Source of the DNA: Malacoraja senta | Lineage: Eukaryota | Assembly: GCA_038087875.1 (NCBI GenBank) | Contig: CM075989.1 | Span: 23,002,001-23,066,000, forward strand | Reading direction: 5' to 3' | DNA length: 64,000 nt | Shown: positions 37,823-51,499 of the stretch, one piece after another | Position numbering within the stretch: position 1 is the stretch's first letter | Layout: every line of letters begins with the position of its first letter | The notes under the pieces: model-generated | Databases searched by the model: none | The model's input: only the letters and a program-made list of their open reading frames with translations | Told to the model about the DNA's origin: nothing | Made by a program: the position numbers and the translations under genes

Positions 37823-39182
37823 TCATTTCTTACATACTATCAATTGTTCACTCACTCAGCAGTGAAAGGCCACCAGGTGGAAGCATTGCCCAGATTTCAG
37901 TTATTAATGGGAAGAAAGTGTCTGTCATTTCTAAGGGAATTAATATGCCTTCAGCATGTTTTATTTTTACAAACAAGGCATTACTTTTACACAAAGGAAT
38001 GCTGTATACTAAAGCCCCCGCAGCCGACAATCAAAGCCCCCGTGTCAGGGCGTTTGAAACACTCTCCTTTATAGGTCATGGCTGATCTATCGTGATAAGA
38101 TAGATATCCATCTTATCATCCTGCAAGGAGGAACACTCACTGCAACCTTACAATCCATCATGTTTCTGTTTAATGAATCATCAGGTCACTTTGTACACCG
38201 GTTTGATTACAGGTATGTGTGGTTCAGACCCAGAGCAGCTGAAACTTTAAAATCAAAAGAATGCTTTATTAAGACAAACAATATGGCTAAGTAAATTTTT
38301 TTTAAACGAATTTAAAATGCTTTAATCTATTTTAAAATGTGTAACAATTTGAAGTAATGCAAGTCCAAATTTTCATCGCTAGGCAAATGGGTAAATCCAG
38401 TTAGTTTCTATCAAAATATACATGGCAAACAAATGCAAAATAAAAATATTCTCAATTCACCACATTTATATGAAGTTATCAGATCTAAATATTTGTAGAG
38501 AGCGAGTCTTGAGAACCGTTCACATTAAACACGGGAAATCTTTGCAACCTTTCTCAAAGTCAGTGATTGTATCCAATTATGGCATCCTGATCCTGATTAG
38601 TAATAGTATTGTGTATACTAAATATTTCCCTATCACTTTCATCATAAATTAACAAGCATTGAATAACAATGTCTGAACCTGACATACATCAAATGTAATT
38701 ATATCCCCAGTGCCAATTTCCAAAGCATACTAATGGCAGATTATTGTTTCAAAGCATTAAAGTTAACAGCGTTATGGAATGACACAAATAGTGTGGGTGG
38801 CAAGCGGTCTTAAAAAAAAATTTACAATTGAAATCCATGAAGTCTGTAAATGATAGTTATCGACACTACCTGCATCACCTTCCGCAGTGGTCCTGTAATG
38901 TTGTTTTCATTAATAGAGCCTTGGAAACAGGCCCTTTGGATCAACTTGCCCATACACCAGTTCCACCTACCTGCATTTGGCCCACATACCTCCAAACTTG
39001 TCCTATCCATGCATCTAAATAATGATTCATGATGAATAATACATTTTTCAATTTAACCTGCCAAGCTTAAATGATCTGTTTATTGAATTTTTGAGCACTA
39101 AATTCCCACTCTGTTGTTAATTTTTGGCATGATTTAAATTATATGATGATTAGGTGCAAAAAAAAATAAACGACCATCGGGG

Positions 39183-39468
39183 CGAGTTCGTTCAAGAGTT
39201 CTCCCGAGTTTGCCCCGATTCGAACAGAGATTTACAGTAATGGCCGCTTGTAGGTACTCGGGGTTCTCGTGGACATTTTTCAACATGTTGAAAAATCTTC
39301 ACAGGTCTTCCCGAGCTTACTGCGTTTCCCGAGTACCTGCCGTTAGTGTTACGAGCCGCTAAGAGACGTCCCCGAGCTCCGACGTACATTCTACGTGCTT
39401 ACCACAAGTTTGATTTTTTTTTAAACTCGGGAGAGCTCTTGAATGAACTCGTACAGTGGGACAGGGCT
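39183..39468. mobile_element. PIF/Harbinger-like MITE, left terminus lost
   Basis: Sub-terminal inverted repeat gagttcgttcaagagttctcccgagttt / aaactcgggagagctcttgaatgaactc. Right end gtgggacagggct. Central palindrome atttttcaacatgttgaaaaat. Confidence 0.6.
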
Positions 39469-40589
39469 ATTAAGCTCTCTTGATGCTACCAAACAGAGCT
39501 AACTTGCATATTGACAAACAAGAATTTATCCAGGACTACATTCAATGTCCAAATTAGATCGATAATGGGATTTCTCTCATTAATATGAGAAATTCCATTT
39601 CCGAGTGGCGCTGTACGATGGCAGCCTCGCCAACAGTCCGTCTTGTCCTTTTCTTCTTTCCTTGTTTTTAGTCAGTTGTTAAATGCATGTTTTTGTGTAT
39701 CTTTAGTTTCATATCATCTCCGTCCGCATGGGGGCCTAACATCGTGGAGCCGACGGTCTTTCTGGTGGGGATCGACTTCGGGAGCTCCGTGCCGCAGGAG
39801 CTACGACCGCCCCGATCGGCCTGACTGTGGATGGTTCGACTGCCCCGACCGCGGGAGAAAAGGGAAGAAGATAATATGTAATTGCCTTCCATCACAGTGC
39901 GCTATGGTGGATGTTTATGTTGATTTTTATGTAGTTGTGTGTCTTGTTGCTTTTTTGGTATGTCTGTATGACAACTTAAATTATTTGTATGTTTTTACAT
40001 ACTTGGCAAATAAATTAATTACAATACAATAATATTCTGCAATAATTTACAAGTGAAGGAAGCAACATGCCTTTACTTTTCTATCTTTGGAAAGCTACTC
40101 TGGACACATGTTCTAAATCTGTAAAAAGACCCACTTTAAAAAAAAAACGCTTTTCTGGTTACCCTCAAGGAATCCTTAAGCAAAAAAAAACAAACTCAAA
40201 CTAAACATTCTCCTAAACTGAGAGATTTAACCTGAGTGTAACGATTCTGAACAGAGGAACAGTGTGTGATGTTAAAATTAAGATACAGTGGATAGCTGTT
40301 ACCACTTTATTTTGGGATTCTATAATTTTGGCATGTACAATGGGCACTATAGTTGTGTTCTGAAATGAATCCAAAATCAACATATATTATGTGTAAGCAC
40401 ACATTATGTGCGAATGCTTGAAATCAAATGGACCTTAGAAAGCATGTAATTTAGTCATTCTCTCCTAGAACCAATAATTAAGCCTAGCTCTGTGGCAAAG
40501 TGCAAGGATTTGGATAGATATGAAAGGAATGTGACAGCATTTTACACTGCTGAGGAAAATAAAAAAACAAGGGTCCTTTATTTAGGACC

Positions 40590-41145
40590 TTGTTTAGGAC
40601 CAATTTGGAATATTGTGAGCAATTTTGGGCACTATATCTGAGGAAGGATGTGCTGGCTCTGGAGAGGATCCAGAGGAGGTTTACAAGAATGATCCAAGGA
40701 ATGAGTAGGTTAACCTATGATAAGCGTTCGTCGACACTGGGCCTGTACTTGCTGGAGTTTAGAAGAGTGAGGGGGCACCTCATTGAAACATACAGAATAA
40801 TGAAAGGCTTGCATAGAGTGGATGTTTCCACTATTGGGAGTCTAGGACTAGAGGTCATAGCCTCAGAATTAAAGGACGTTATTTTAGAAAGATGCAGGTG
40901 AATTTCTTTAGTCAGAGGGTGGTGAATCTGTAGAATTCTTTGCCACAGGCTGTGGAGGCCAAGTCAGTGGATATTTTTAAGGCAAAAATTGATAGATTTT
41001 TGAATATTACAGGTGTCAGAGGTTATGGAGAAGGCAGGAGAATGGGGTTAGGAGGGAGAGATAGATCAGCCATGATTGAATGGTGGAGTAGACTTGGTGG
41101 GAGGAAAGGCCTAATTCTACTCCTATCATTTATGACCTTATGACT
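40590..41145 (+). mobile_element. CR1 3' fragment
   Basis: LEYCEQFWALYLRKDVLALERIQRRFTRMI...GHLIETYRIMKG plus 3' UTR. Confidence 0.88.
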
Positions 41146-43651
41146 GTGCAACTGCTCAGTTGCTTTTAAAGCAAAGGGATTGGCAGTGATCAAGAAAAAA
41201 ATGGCAGCATCCCAAGAGGTGGCCCTGTTGTATTGGGGAACACATCCATTCCATGAGAATACTCAATATGACATAAAAGGATAGACACAAAGTGCAGGAG
41301 TAACTCAGCAGGTCACACAACATCTCTGGAGAAAAAGGATAGGTGATTTTTCAGGTCGGAGCCATTCTTCAGACTCTTCAAACATCACCAATCCTTTTTC
41401 GTCCTGAGATGCTGCCTGTCCCGCTGAGTTACTCCAGCATTCTGTGCCTATCTTCAGTATAACCCAGCATCTGCAGTTCCTTCCGACACATGATTTGAAA
41501 GGAAATCGACTAGAAATCTAAAAAAAATGGACTGGAAGTTTGTGTTTTGTGCAGTCAGTATCATAGCCTTGTGGTCAGCTTGTCAACAATTTACAGATTC
41601 AAGGTCCATTTGATAGAGTGTGCATATTTTGTGAAATGCAAAGCAGAGGTGAATAGTTCAGTTTATTGTCATGTAACAGAGGTACAGTGAAAAGAGTGAG
41701 ACTTCCAGAAGATGGAGAATTTCAAGGTGTATAAGTTAGTAAATCACTGTAAATGTATAATTTTCTTTTTGCACTCCATTGGTCCAATAATTGCCCTGAA
41801 GGGCCTCAACCAGAAACGTCACCCGTTCATTCTCTCCAGAAATACTGCCTTTTCCGCTGTTACTCCAGCTTTTTGTGTCTATCTTCGGTTTAAACCAGCA
41901 TCTGCAGTTCCTTCCTACACCACCTTGCGTGAGGTAATTTGTTGCCAGTCTGAAGAAGGGTCCCAACCACAAAGTGTCACCTATCCTGGTTCTCCAGAGA
42001 TGCTGCCCGACCCACTGAGTTACTCCAGCACTCTGTGTCTATCTTTGTTCCAAAGAAAAATGGGCGCAATGCAAAGTGGCATCACGAAACAAATAGAGGC
42101 AGTTTCCAGATTGGCTCTACATTGAAGAAAACTAATTCCGAGCTAGAAACATAACAACCATCAGCATTATAATTTGAGGTTGTTTCAAATAATTGTACAA
42201 GCCTGGGCCCCAATAACTCTTGATTGCACACTTGGTTTACCTGGTATTTAAAATATTCAGTAGAAGACTGAAGGGCTTACACTCAAGATTGCATAGTATA
42301 TGAAACACAAGATGAACCCTCTCAAAACAAATTTAAAACAAAAATGGTAAATGTTATTTAGTGGAGTAAATTAGATTTTAGCTTCATTATGTTATATGTG
42401 AAATTATCACTTGGCACAAGTCACTTTAGTTTATCAGCAGTAAAGAGGTTTTATAATAACCACATCACAAGCCACATAATGACATTACCGACAACAAACT
42501 AAATATTCCATGGAGATATTCACTGGAAGAAATAGCATGTTACATCTGGAATGTTGTTGGGAGCACTAGATCATTCTTCACAAGTATTGCAAATTAATAT
42601 GTCAATATCAGTTTTGACCATACAATATTTAAAGCTGGAACTTGAAAACGCAAATGAACGAAGGTTGAGTTGTAGGTAACACAGTACAAATTTATTTACC
42701 CAAGGAAATTCTGGAGGTAGACCTTAACAATGGCTTTTTGTTCTAAATTACCTCAACAGACATCTTTCAGTGCGTTATGAAATTCCAGGTCTTCAGTGTA
42801 TTTTAAAATATTAAACTCACACTAGCATTTTTTAAAAAAAGCTCTTGACCAAAGTCGACATCAAAGTCTACAATCCTGGTATAACTCTTTTTCTCGTCTT
42901 CATACAATATTTAATGGGGGGTTTTAAACTACCTTAGTGAACAAATAAAAAAATAATGCAGATTCCAGCAACACTCAGCAGGTCAGGAACATCTGTGGAG
43001 AAATCACATGCCTTGGAATGCAGAGGAACAGTTTCACATACCTAAATTCCACCTAAATAATCTTAGGCAGAGGCTGATTGTTCCCAATTTGTTATTTTGT
43101 CTTCAGTAATTTCATGCTTGACGCAAGTGTGGCAAGAGATGAAGAAATCAAAATAATGGAATGCAAAGGAATAACAAAATTGATGAGGGTAATAATATTA
43201 GTTCAGTTCAGTTTTGTTTATGATGTCATGCACCGAGGTACAATGAGAAGCTTTTGTTGTGTGCTAACCAGTCAGCGGAAACACAATACATGATTACAAA
43301 TCGAGCCATTTACAGTGTATAGATAGATACATAATAAGGGAATAACATTTAGTGCAATCATAGTTCAAGAAATGTTGCTGTAGTGGAGATTTAAGAGTGT
43401 GGAGCTGCTTCTGTGGTTAGTACGCAAATAGTCGCCTGGGATGGGCGCCATCTTGGAAGAAAGAATGGTAGCTATTTAATGCTGTGATAAGACAATAGTG
43501 GAGATGAGAGCAACTCTGAAAATTGGTATTATTACAATCAGGATCAAGAAATGTCAGTGGCTTCTAACATAGGGGACTGTTATATGGACTCAACTGGGGC
43601 ATATATCCAAGCAACATCTTTCAGTCATTTGTTTCAACTTGTAGGTAATTT

Positions 43652-43825
43652 GAGCTTCCCAAGCAAAATATGAGGTGCTGTTCCTCCAATTTGCACTGGG
43701 CCTCACTCTGACAACGGATGAGGCCCAGGACAGAAAGGTCAGTGTGGGGATGGGAGGGGGTGTTAAAATGTTTATCAACCAGGAGACTGAGCTGAGGTGT
43801 TCAGCGAAACAATCGTCAAGCCTGC
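43652..43825 (-). mobile_element. Penelope-like element GIY-YIG endonuclease C-terminal remnant
   Basis: Minus-strand HFNTPSHPHTDLSVLGLIRCQSEAQCKLEEQHLIFCLGS. A related remnant (...LQTSGMNID) lies at about 27440-27520. Confidence 0.7.
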
Positions 43826-44298
43826 AATTTTAATATATTTTTGATGCCATTCATTGAAATACAATTGAGTTACGAGTGATTTCAGTGTTCTTTATTGTAC
43901 GTGTATGCAATGTGCAGTATATGTGACAGTAGAAATTAATCCAACCAAAGTCCCGGCTATGTTTGGAGGAAGGAGTCAGAATTTCGCCAGTGTTTTGTAC
44001 AATCTTACATATACAGGATGTCCCCAGGTTATTCCTACAAATGGCACATCTAGTTTTCTTTCTCTCCCTCTCCCCACTTTTAGTATTGTTTTCTCTTTTT
44101 CTGTTTTATATATTTTTGATGCCATTCATTAAAATAGTGGAATTATGTGTGATTTTAGTGCATTTTTTGACTTACAAAAGACAAAAATTGACTTAGACAT
44201 CTGTAGAAACGGACCTGTTTGTTACCTGTGGATGGCCTGCAGCACACATTTCCCTACCAACCGTGCACACCTGTCATATATAAACACCACTGTTACCT

Positions 44299-45393
44299 TT
44301 TATTTCATATATCCTATACTTAGCACAGTCACCTAATAATCATCCTGTTTTGATTGTGCAAAAAAAAGCAAAACAGTTGAGAAATAAATTATTTTATACA
44401 CAGATTAAGCTTTTGTACTGACGCATTAAATCAGTACAGATAATATCCAAATGTTTCCACATAGTAAAGACAGAGAGAAAATTCTACATCAAACACATTC
44501 TGCACCATCCATGCACTCCCAAGATTACACAATATCCTCTGTAATAAACATTTACCAAATCTGGCTTTATTTTTTCACCCAAATTAGTCATGTTTTTATC
44601 TTTATAAACCTTCACATTTTTTTCTGAGAATATTGAAAAATATAGCTTTATAGAGTGAACATGGTGCATCACATTCACTAGTTTTGTTTCCTCTTGGATA
44701 AGATTTTTAGCAACCTTACATGAATATATTATTTTTTAAATACATTATTTCACACACATGTACAGTAGGGGATCAGATAGACCCTATCTGGCTAGTGAGT
44801 CAGCAAACTAAGGCAAAAGCAAACTTCTTTAGAAAACTTATACTAGTGTTAACCTCAAGAAGGAACAAAAAACAATTTAAGGCAGTATTATTGATAGAAC
44901 TAGGAGGTTTGAGTTAAATATCGCCGAAAGCTATTAATATAGGATATTTTAATCAAAACAGTGAATTAACAAACAGAGGTTTGTACTCTATATATTGGCC
45001 CCGTAGAAATACATGGCAGACTTAAGTTTTCTGGTGTACAACTAATCTTAAGGCATCTTAAAAGGAGATAACTATTTTCCAAGAACTTAATGTTTTTTGT
45101 TTTTTTTGCTTTATGGAGTACATATGGCGTGCAGTTCATGGCTCAGTCCAAACTGCTATACATCACGTAGTGAAAATATGTTGCCAGCACTGATGCAACT
45201 CAGTCCTTCATTGACACAATTTATCCCAGTAATGGTCAAACTGCATTGGTCAAAAGATGTCTTCTTGGAAAAAAAACAGGAAAAGAAACTCTGCTTAAAG
45301 TTAGTTTCCAGAACCTCATGTTCTCGTTTTGTGTCCAGAAGCAATAGTTGGTTTTACAACTTCAAACAGGGAAACTATTGGCAATGTCAATCA
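44299..45393 (-). other. Probable 3' UTR of the ELL-family gene
   Basis: AT-rich, TE-free stretch after the stop codon. Minus-strand AATAAA at 44566-44571 and 44299-44304, with more distal ones at 42691 and 38265. The true end is unknown. Confidence 0.55.
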
Positions 45394-45501
45394 TTATGGC
45401 TTGTTGTGCTGATCATATTCTATTATCAACTGCTTGATGTGGGATAGCTTTCGGTGTAGATACTCACAACGAATCTTCTCTTCCCGATAAGTAGGATGAG
45501 C
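45394..45501 (-). CDS. ELL3: Terminal coding exon AHPTYREEKIRCEYLHRKLSHIKQLIIEYDQHNKP*
   Basis: Acceptor ttgaaatag|GCT and TAA at 45394-45396. YREEKxRCEYLHxKLSHIKxLI matches ELL3 better than ELL/ELL2, which have KLAHIK. Paralog assignment is moderate confidence, family assignment high. Confidence 0.93.
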   Translation of the reverse strand, partial: AHPTYREEKIRCEYLHRKLSHIKQLIIEYDQHNKP

Positions 45502-45629
45502 CTATTTCAAACAGGGAAAAACTTTTATAAAACTGTCAAGCATAATTTCAATTACCCAGATTCTGTACAACAGCTTGTGTGAAATAGTACCTACAATCCA
45601 TTCTATCTATTTTCAAAATGAGAAGAATT

Positions 45630-46325
45630 TAGTTTAGGTTATTGTCACGTATACTGAGGTACAGTGAAAAGCTTGTTGCGTGCTAACCAGTCAGCGGAAA
45701 GACAATACATGATTACAATTGAGCCATTCAGTGTAGATACATGATCGAGGGAATAACGTGAATAACATTTAGTGCAAGATAAAGCCAGTAAAGTCAGATC
45801 AAAGATAGTCCGAGGGTCTCAAGCGAGGTAGATAGTAGTTCAGCACTGCTGTCTAGCTATGGTGGGATGATTCAGTTGCCTGATAACAGCCGGGAAGAAA
45901 CTGTCCCTGAATCTGGAGGTGTGCATTATCACACTTCTGTATCTTTTGCCCGATGGGAGAGGGGAGAAGAGGGAGTGGCCAGGGTGCGACGCATCCTTGA
46001 TTATGCTGCTGGCCTTGCTGAGGCAGCGTGAGGTATAAATGGAGTCAATGGAAGGGAGGTTGGTTTGTGTGATGGTCTGAGCTGCGTCCACAATTCTCTG
46101 CATTGTCCTGTGGTCTTGGATGGAGCTGTTCCCAAACTATGCTGTGATGCATCCCAATAAAATGCTTTCTACGGCGCATCTGGAGAGAATTGTGGGGGGA
46201 CATGCTGAACTTCCTAAGCCTTCTAAGTCAGTCAAGCGTTGCTGTGCCTTCTTGGCCATTGCTTCAATATGGGTGGTCCACGAGACATTGTTGGTGATAT
46301 TTACTCTTAACTTCTCCTGGACCAC
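45630..46325 (-). mobile_element. Rex1/Babar-type LINE 3' fragment in the last ELL intron
   Basis: SWTTHIEAMAKKAQQRL...ESILLGCITA...IIKDASHPGHSLFSPLPSGKRYRS...RFRDSFFPAVIRQLN, ending in a tgacaataa tail. Confidence 0.82.
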
Positions 46326-48025
46326 CTTCTGAAAGAGTTCCAGAAAAATATACGAAATCCAAAGCTACTTTGTTTTTTTTGCAGTAAAGGTTTAATCATA
46401 TTTAATTCAGAAGGCTTCGAACTTCAGACTGCTTGCTACAGTGATATGGAAATGATGAGGAGGAATGCATGTAAAGCAGGATACGGTACTTAATAAATCA
46501 GGAGAGCTGGACTACAAACTGAAGATAGCGAAGCATGCACATGAATCTATCCAAAATTTGGAACAGTAATACAAAAACATTATAAATGAGAAAATACTTA
46601 TCAAATCTGTGTAAAACCAAATAATTATGCCTGTAACATTACAAACATCCGTACCAGTATTGTTACAGATCATCCATCTGTAACGTTAATTCAGATTTTC
46701 TCTTTTCACCAATATGCTGAGCAGTTCTAGCATTTGTTTTTAATGTAGATTCCTTGCAACTGCTCTGCACCACTCAAGAGTTTTATTGTCATGTGTCCCA
46801 GATAGGACAACGAAATTCTTGCTTGCTGCAGCACAACAGAATATGCAAACATTCAGATTGTTTCTTTTCCCTTTCTAAAAATGTCATCATTCGTCTTCAC
46901 GAGTTAACACTCTTCCAAACAGATCATGTTTAATTAACTAGCTTTCTTTTCTCTCGATGGAAAAGTGTCAAATGAACAATCTTGGTCTCCACCCTACTGT
47001 GGGCATCCCCTTTGTTCACCTCTCGACAATCTAAAGGGACAATTTTTCCCCACACAATGGTTGGTATAGGGATCGAGCTGCCAGAGGAGGTAGTTCAGGC
47101 AGGTACTATTGTAACATCTAAAAGACATTTGGACACGAACATGGATAGGAAAGGCTTAGAAGGATATGGACCAAATGCAGATACTAATAGAGACGGGACA
47201 TCTTGGTTGGGTGAAAGCCCTGGTTCCATGCTGTATAACTATAACTCTGAATCATAGATAAGTCATTGTCATATAGCATGTAAACAGGCCTTTCAGCCTA
47301 ACTTGCCCTTGCCAACCAACATGTCCCATCTACTCTTGTCCCACCTGCACGTGTTTGGCCCATGTCCCTCTATATCTATCCTATCCTATCCAAGTGCCTG
47401 TCTAAGATGAAGAGTAGTTAGTCTGAAATATTAACTCAGAGTTATAGACTTTGGCCCACCTTGTGCATGCCAACCAAGTTGGCAGACTGGACGAGTCCCA
47501 TTTGTCTGCATTTGGCCCTTATCTCGCTAAAGCCTCCACACAATGAACTGCAGGTGTTGGAACCTTGTGTCGAATGCAAAGTGCTGGAGTAATTATGGAG
47601 ATGCTTCAGAGATGTTACCTAACTTGCTGAGTTACTCCAGCACTTTGTGTTCTCTCTAAAACCTTCCAATCCATATATTTATCCAAATGTTATTAAAAGT
47701 TGTGGAGTAACTGAAAATGTGCAATTTTCATGTGCACTCTATGCCTCTCTCCACAGATGCTGCCTGGCCCGCTGAGTTTTGTGTGCATTTATTGTTTTAT
47801 TTCATAAAAATGATCAGTGTGAAAATACCCATACCACGATATTGCCAGGCAATGTGGTTCTCTGAAAAAGGCTTCTTCTAAAAATTTTAGAGATCGGCAA
47901 GGTAATAAATTTATGGTAGCCAGATGCTTGTAATATTGATCGATGGCATGAAACAGATTCCAATTTAACAATAAAACAAGAATCTGTCCAACACTAAATC
48001 TCTGCAATTCAGAACAGTAACCTAC

Positions 48026-48070
48026 CTTTTTAAATTTCTTATATTTTTCAAATATTTGATCCTCTGCCAT
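48026..48070 (-). CDS. ELL3: Occludin/ELL domain exon MAEDQIFEKYKKFKK
   Basis: Acceptor tgtttttcag|ATG and donor AAG|gtaggt. 45 nt, phase 0/0. Resembles ELL3 VLEDKIIQEYKKFRK. Confidence 0.92.
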
Positions 48071-48894
48071 CTGAAAAACAATATCATAAATTTAAGAACT
48101 TGAAGTCAGTTTTAATTAACCATCCATTGATCATGCGAACTCGCACATGCATGATATAATGCGAAAATAACCCTTTCCCAAATGCATTATCAATTTATAA
48201 GGCCGAGGTTTGCTTGATAAATAATGCGTGGAGACATTGTGTTCTTTGTGCATGGTTAGCAGCTTTATAAATTTGTTCCGGGGTTCTGAATTTACGATGC
48301 CCATGAACATAGGTACAAGTTTGTGCGCTGTGACATCAAATGGTTTGCATTGTACAAACTGGTGCCACTTACCTGTGGATCAGTTGCTTGCGCGTGGCTT
48401 AGGCTACTAACCAAAAAGGAGGTCTTAAAAAGGGAGTTGGCTGCAACACAAATGCATCTATATTTTTGAAGCCTACCTCGCTGACCATGTATATGACCAC
48501 CTGTTCGAAATCCCTCACCTAGCTTGTATGAGCATTTTTCCTTTGCAAAATGCATGGAGACATTATGTCATGTTTCAAATTGTATTTTTTGTTGTTGCAG
48601 ATTTGCTCTTTCAAGATGCAGAGAGTTCAAATTAGAAGCAAGGAAATAATGACTGTCCAGCCATCACACCCCAAAGCAGAAACTTTCATGTGTCCATGTA
48701 CTGTGTCATATTAATTGATCTCTATCTATACTAGCTGTAGTACTTTAGTGGTCTTTGGATTACCCACACAGTGTGGCCAAATGATAGTGTTTATCATGGG
48801 CTCCCATGCCTGTTTATTTTGTGTTTTCCTAAAAGGTGCACATTTGCTACAGCTTTGTTATGGTTTTGTTGAACTTAATATTATCCAGACTCAT

Positions 48895-49210
48895 TAGTTT
48901 ATTTTAGAGACACAACATGAAAACAGTCTCTTTGGCCCGCCAAGTCCACACCAACTATTGATCCCCTATTCACACCAGTTTTATGTTATCCCACTTTCCA
49001 TACACACTAGGGGCTATTTACAGAGGCCGATTTAACCTACAAACACACACATCTTTATGACTTGGTAGGAAACAAGAGCATCCAGGGCAAATTCATGCAG
49101 TCACAGGGAGAATGTGCAAACTCCACAAAGACAGCACCCATGCTCAGGACTGAACCCAGGACTCTGGTTCTCTGAGGCAGCAGTTCTACCAGCAGCGCCA
49201 CTGTGCTGCC
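48895..49210 (-). mobile_element. V-SINE (diverged)
   Basis: Reverse consensus match. Confidence 0.75.
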
Positions 49211-49980
49211 TACTTCTAAGTAAAGAAATCCAATGCAGCTAATAAAATGGAGACACAAGAAAATGCAATGGCCGGAATCTTGAGTTAAATCTAAGTGCTG
49301 GAAGAACTTAGCAGGTCAGGCAACATCTGTGGAAGGAATGGGCTTTGGCCTGACCGAAACATTGTCTGTTCATTCCCTCCATCGATGCTGCCTGACCCAC
49401 TGAGTTCCTCCAGCACTTTGTGTTTTACACAAAGCAGCTATAAATTGGGTTGGAGTGATTAAAAAAAAGTATAAGATTGATGCTTATTTTGACATGATAA
49501 ATAATTTCATACAAAAGCGATATATTGTCATGGCATTATCGTAAACAGTCATACTGGTTCAGCATTTTCTGGTCAGCTTCCATTTTTACTATTCAATTAT
49601 TATGTTGACAAGCTGCCGAGCAAACACTTAATTATGTTGTTCTTCATCTTGCTTGAATAGCTTTGGTGCAAGTCAACTGTGAAAGTAGCTGGATACATTT
49701 ATCTTTTAATTAATTCTTTCCTCACTTGAATGAGTAAAACACTGCATATCTACAAGTTTAACATACTGCCACATGTAGAGAGAGGCAGGGTCGCTTTACA
49801 ATAATTGGAAATACACAACACGCATATCAAAATGTAAGCGTGTAGTCCACCCATCCCTACCCAATGAAATTTAAACTGTTCCATGCTATCACTGAATTTT
49901 GCTGCTTAAACATTCATGATGAGCAGAAAATGAAAGGAGGGAGAATAGGCAGAAGGGAAAAAAGAGGAGCAAACAGCAAA

Positions 49981-50170
49981 GGTAGACAAAAATGCTGGAG
50001 AAACTCAGCAGGTGAGGCAGCATCTATGGAGCGAAGGAAACAGGCGACGTTTCGGGTCTTGACCCGAAACGGCGCCTATTTCCTTCGCTCCATAGATGCT
50101 GCCTCTCCCGCTGAGTTTCTCCAACATTTTTGTCTACCTTCGATTTTCCAGCATCTGCAGTTCCTTCTTT
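49981..50170. mobile_element. Palindromic Penelope-derived element ~45 bp from the ELL exon donor site
   Basis: Arms centred on gtttcgggtcttgacccgaaac. Confidence 0.8.
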
Positions 50171-50215
50171 AGCAAAAAGCAATATCTTTTGCCGATCAAA
50201 TATGCTTTCACTTAC

Positions 50216-50387
50216 CTTATATTCCTCTGTTCCAGGACTAAGTGTTTTGATCTTTGATCCCAACTGCATGAACTGTTCTGTTACATTTCCAATTCTCGTG
50301 TGAAGATCTCTGTATTCATTGTACTCTGCATTGAAATCATTCCGATAGTTTTGACACAGTTCTAAAGATGTAATGGCACTGTATTTC
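50216..50387 (-). CDS. ELL3: Occludin/ELL domain exon KYSAITSLELCQNYRNDFNAEYNEYRDLHTRIGNVTEQFMQLGSKIKTLSPGTEEYK
   Basis: Acceptor tttcttttag|G and donor AAG|gtaagt. 172 nt. The YxNDFNAEYxEYRDLH motif is characteristic of ELL proteins. Confidence 0.95.
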
Positions 50388-50509
50388 CTAAAAGAAATAA
50401 GTTGACTACGTAACTAAGTTTTCAAAAACATGTTATTGTTTTTTTTTTAATCAATAGCATTACAAGATAGTACAGATAATTATAGATTTTGTTTTAACTC
50501 TGTTTAGTT

Positions 50510-50780
50510 TAAGAGTTTAGTTTAGGGATACAACGTGAAAACAGGCCCTTCGCCCCACCAAGTCTGCTCCAACCATCAATCACTCCATGCACTGGTTCTA
50601 TCCTACACAGTTGGGATAATTTACAGAAGCCAATTAACCTACATCTTTGCAAAGTGGGAGGAAACTGGAGAAAACCCACGCAGTCACAGGGAGAACATGC
50701 AAACTCCACACAGACAGCACTTGAGGTCAGGATCGAACCTGGGTCTCTGGCAGCAACTCTACCTCTGCGCCACTGTGCCC
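50510..50780 (-). mobile_element. V-SINE
   Basis: Reverse consensus match. Confidence 0.8.
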
Positions 50781-51183
50781 CTCTGATGGACCAGTAATTT
50801 GCAAGGAAAGAGGTGGCACTTCCATCCTTTATGCTTCACTTACACCTTAACAAGATCTTTGTTTTTTTATTTATATTAACTATAATTGAAAACCAACATT
50901 TTAACTCTAGATTTTAAATGAGAATCAAATGATTAAAATTCATCTGTTGACTTCGCTTTATCAGGTGAGCAGAGTTTTCTCTTGTTCAAAAATATTCAGA
51001 GACCAAATTAAATTATTAAAGATCTTGAAGAAAATTAAATAAAAACATGATCAAAAAGCCTGTTTGATAATCAAATTCCTACTCAATTGTCAATTGTGAA
51101 AAACTGGAAAATACGCTAAAATATGACAGCTAAAGATCAGGAATCTGATAGATTTTAAGTGTACATTTGTCAGATAAATGATG

Positions 51184-51499
51184 TACTTGTCCTTCCCGGG
51201 TTACGACAGGGTTCCGTTCCCAAGAACTGTTTATAACTCAAACAGTTCGTAAGTCGGAAATGTGGTTGGCCGGTAATACATTTAAATAAATGCAGGGGCT
51301 ACGTGTGGTTAAACCAAGATGTTTAAGTCAAGCATTCAGATTTCCCTGCATCATGCAACGATGCGGCCATGAACCGAGGTCCCACATCGACAGAAGATGA
51401 ATACAGCCCCGTAGCAGCCAGCCACTCTATCCTGCCGCCTCCCAAACGCTCACTCGTATGTACGGACAGTCGGACGCTTGTAACCCGAGGAGAACCTGC
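51184..51499. mobile_element. Tc1/mariner (Tigger-like) MITE remnant
   Basis: Degenerate TIRs ...ccttcccgggttacgaca / ttgtaacccgaggagaacctg, plus an internal tcgtaagtcggaa. Confidence 0.5.

Noticed and set aside
43828-44170. Diverged ~65-bp direct repeat (atatatttttgatgccattcatt...)
   Set aside because: Old local duplication with no evident function.
45394-50387. Occludin or tricellulin (MARVELD2) instead of ELL
   Set aside because: The domain is shared, but the upstream exons carry ELL-specific motifs and no MARVEL transmembrane segments.
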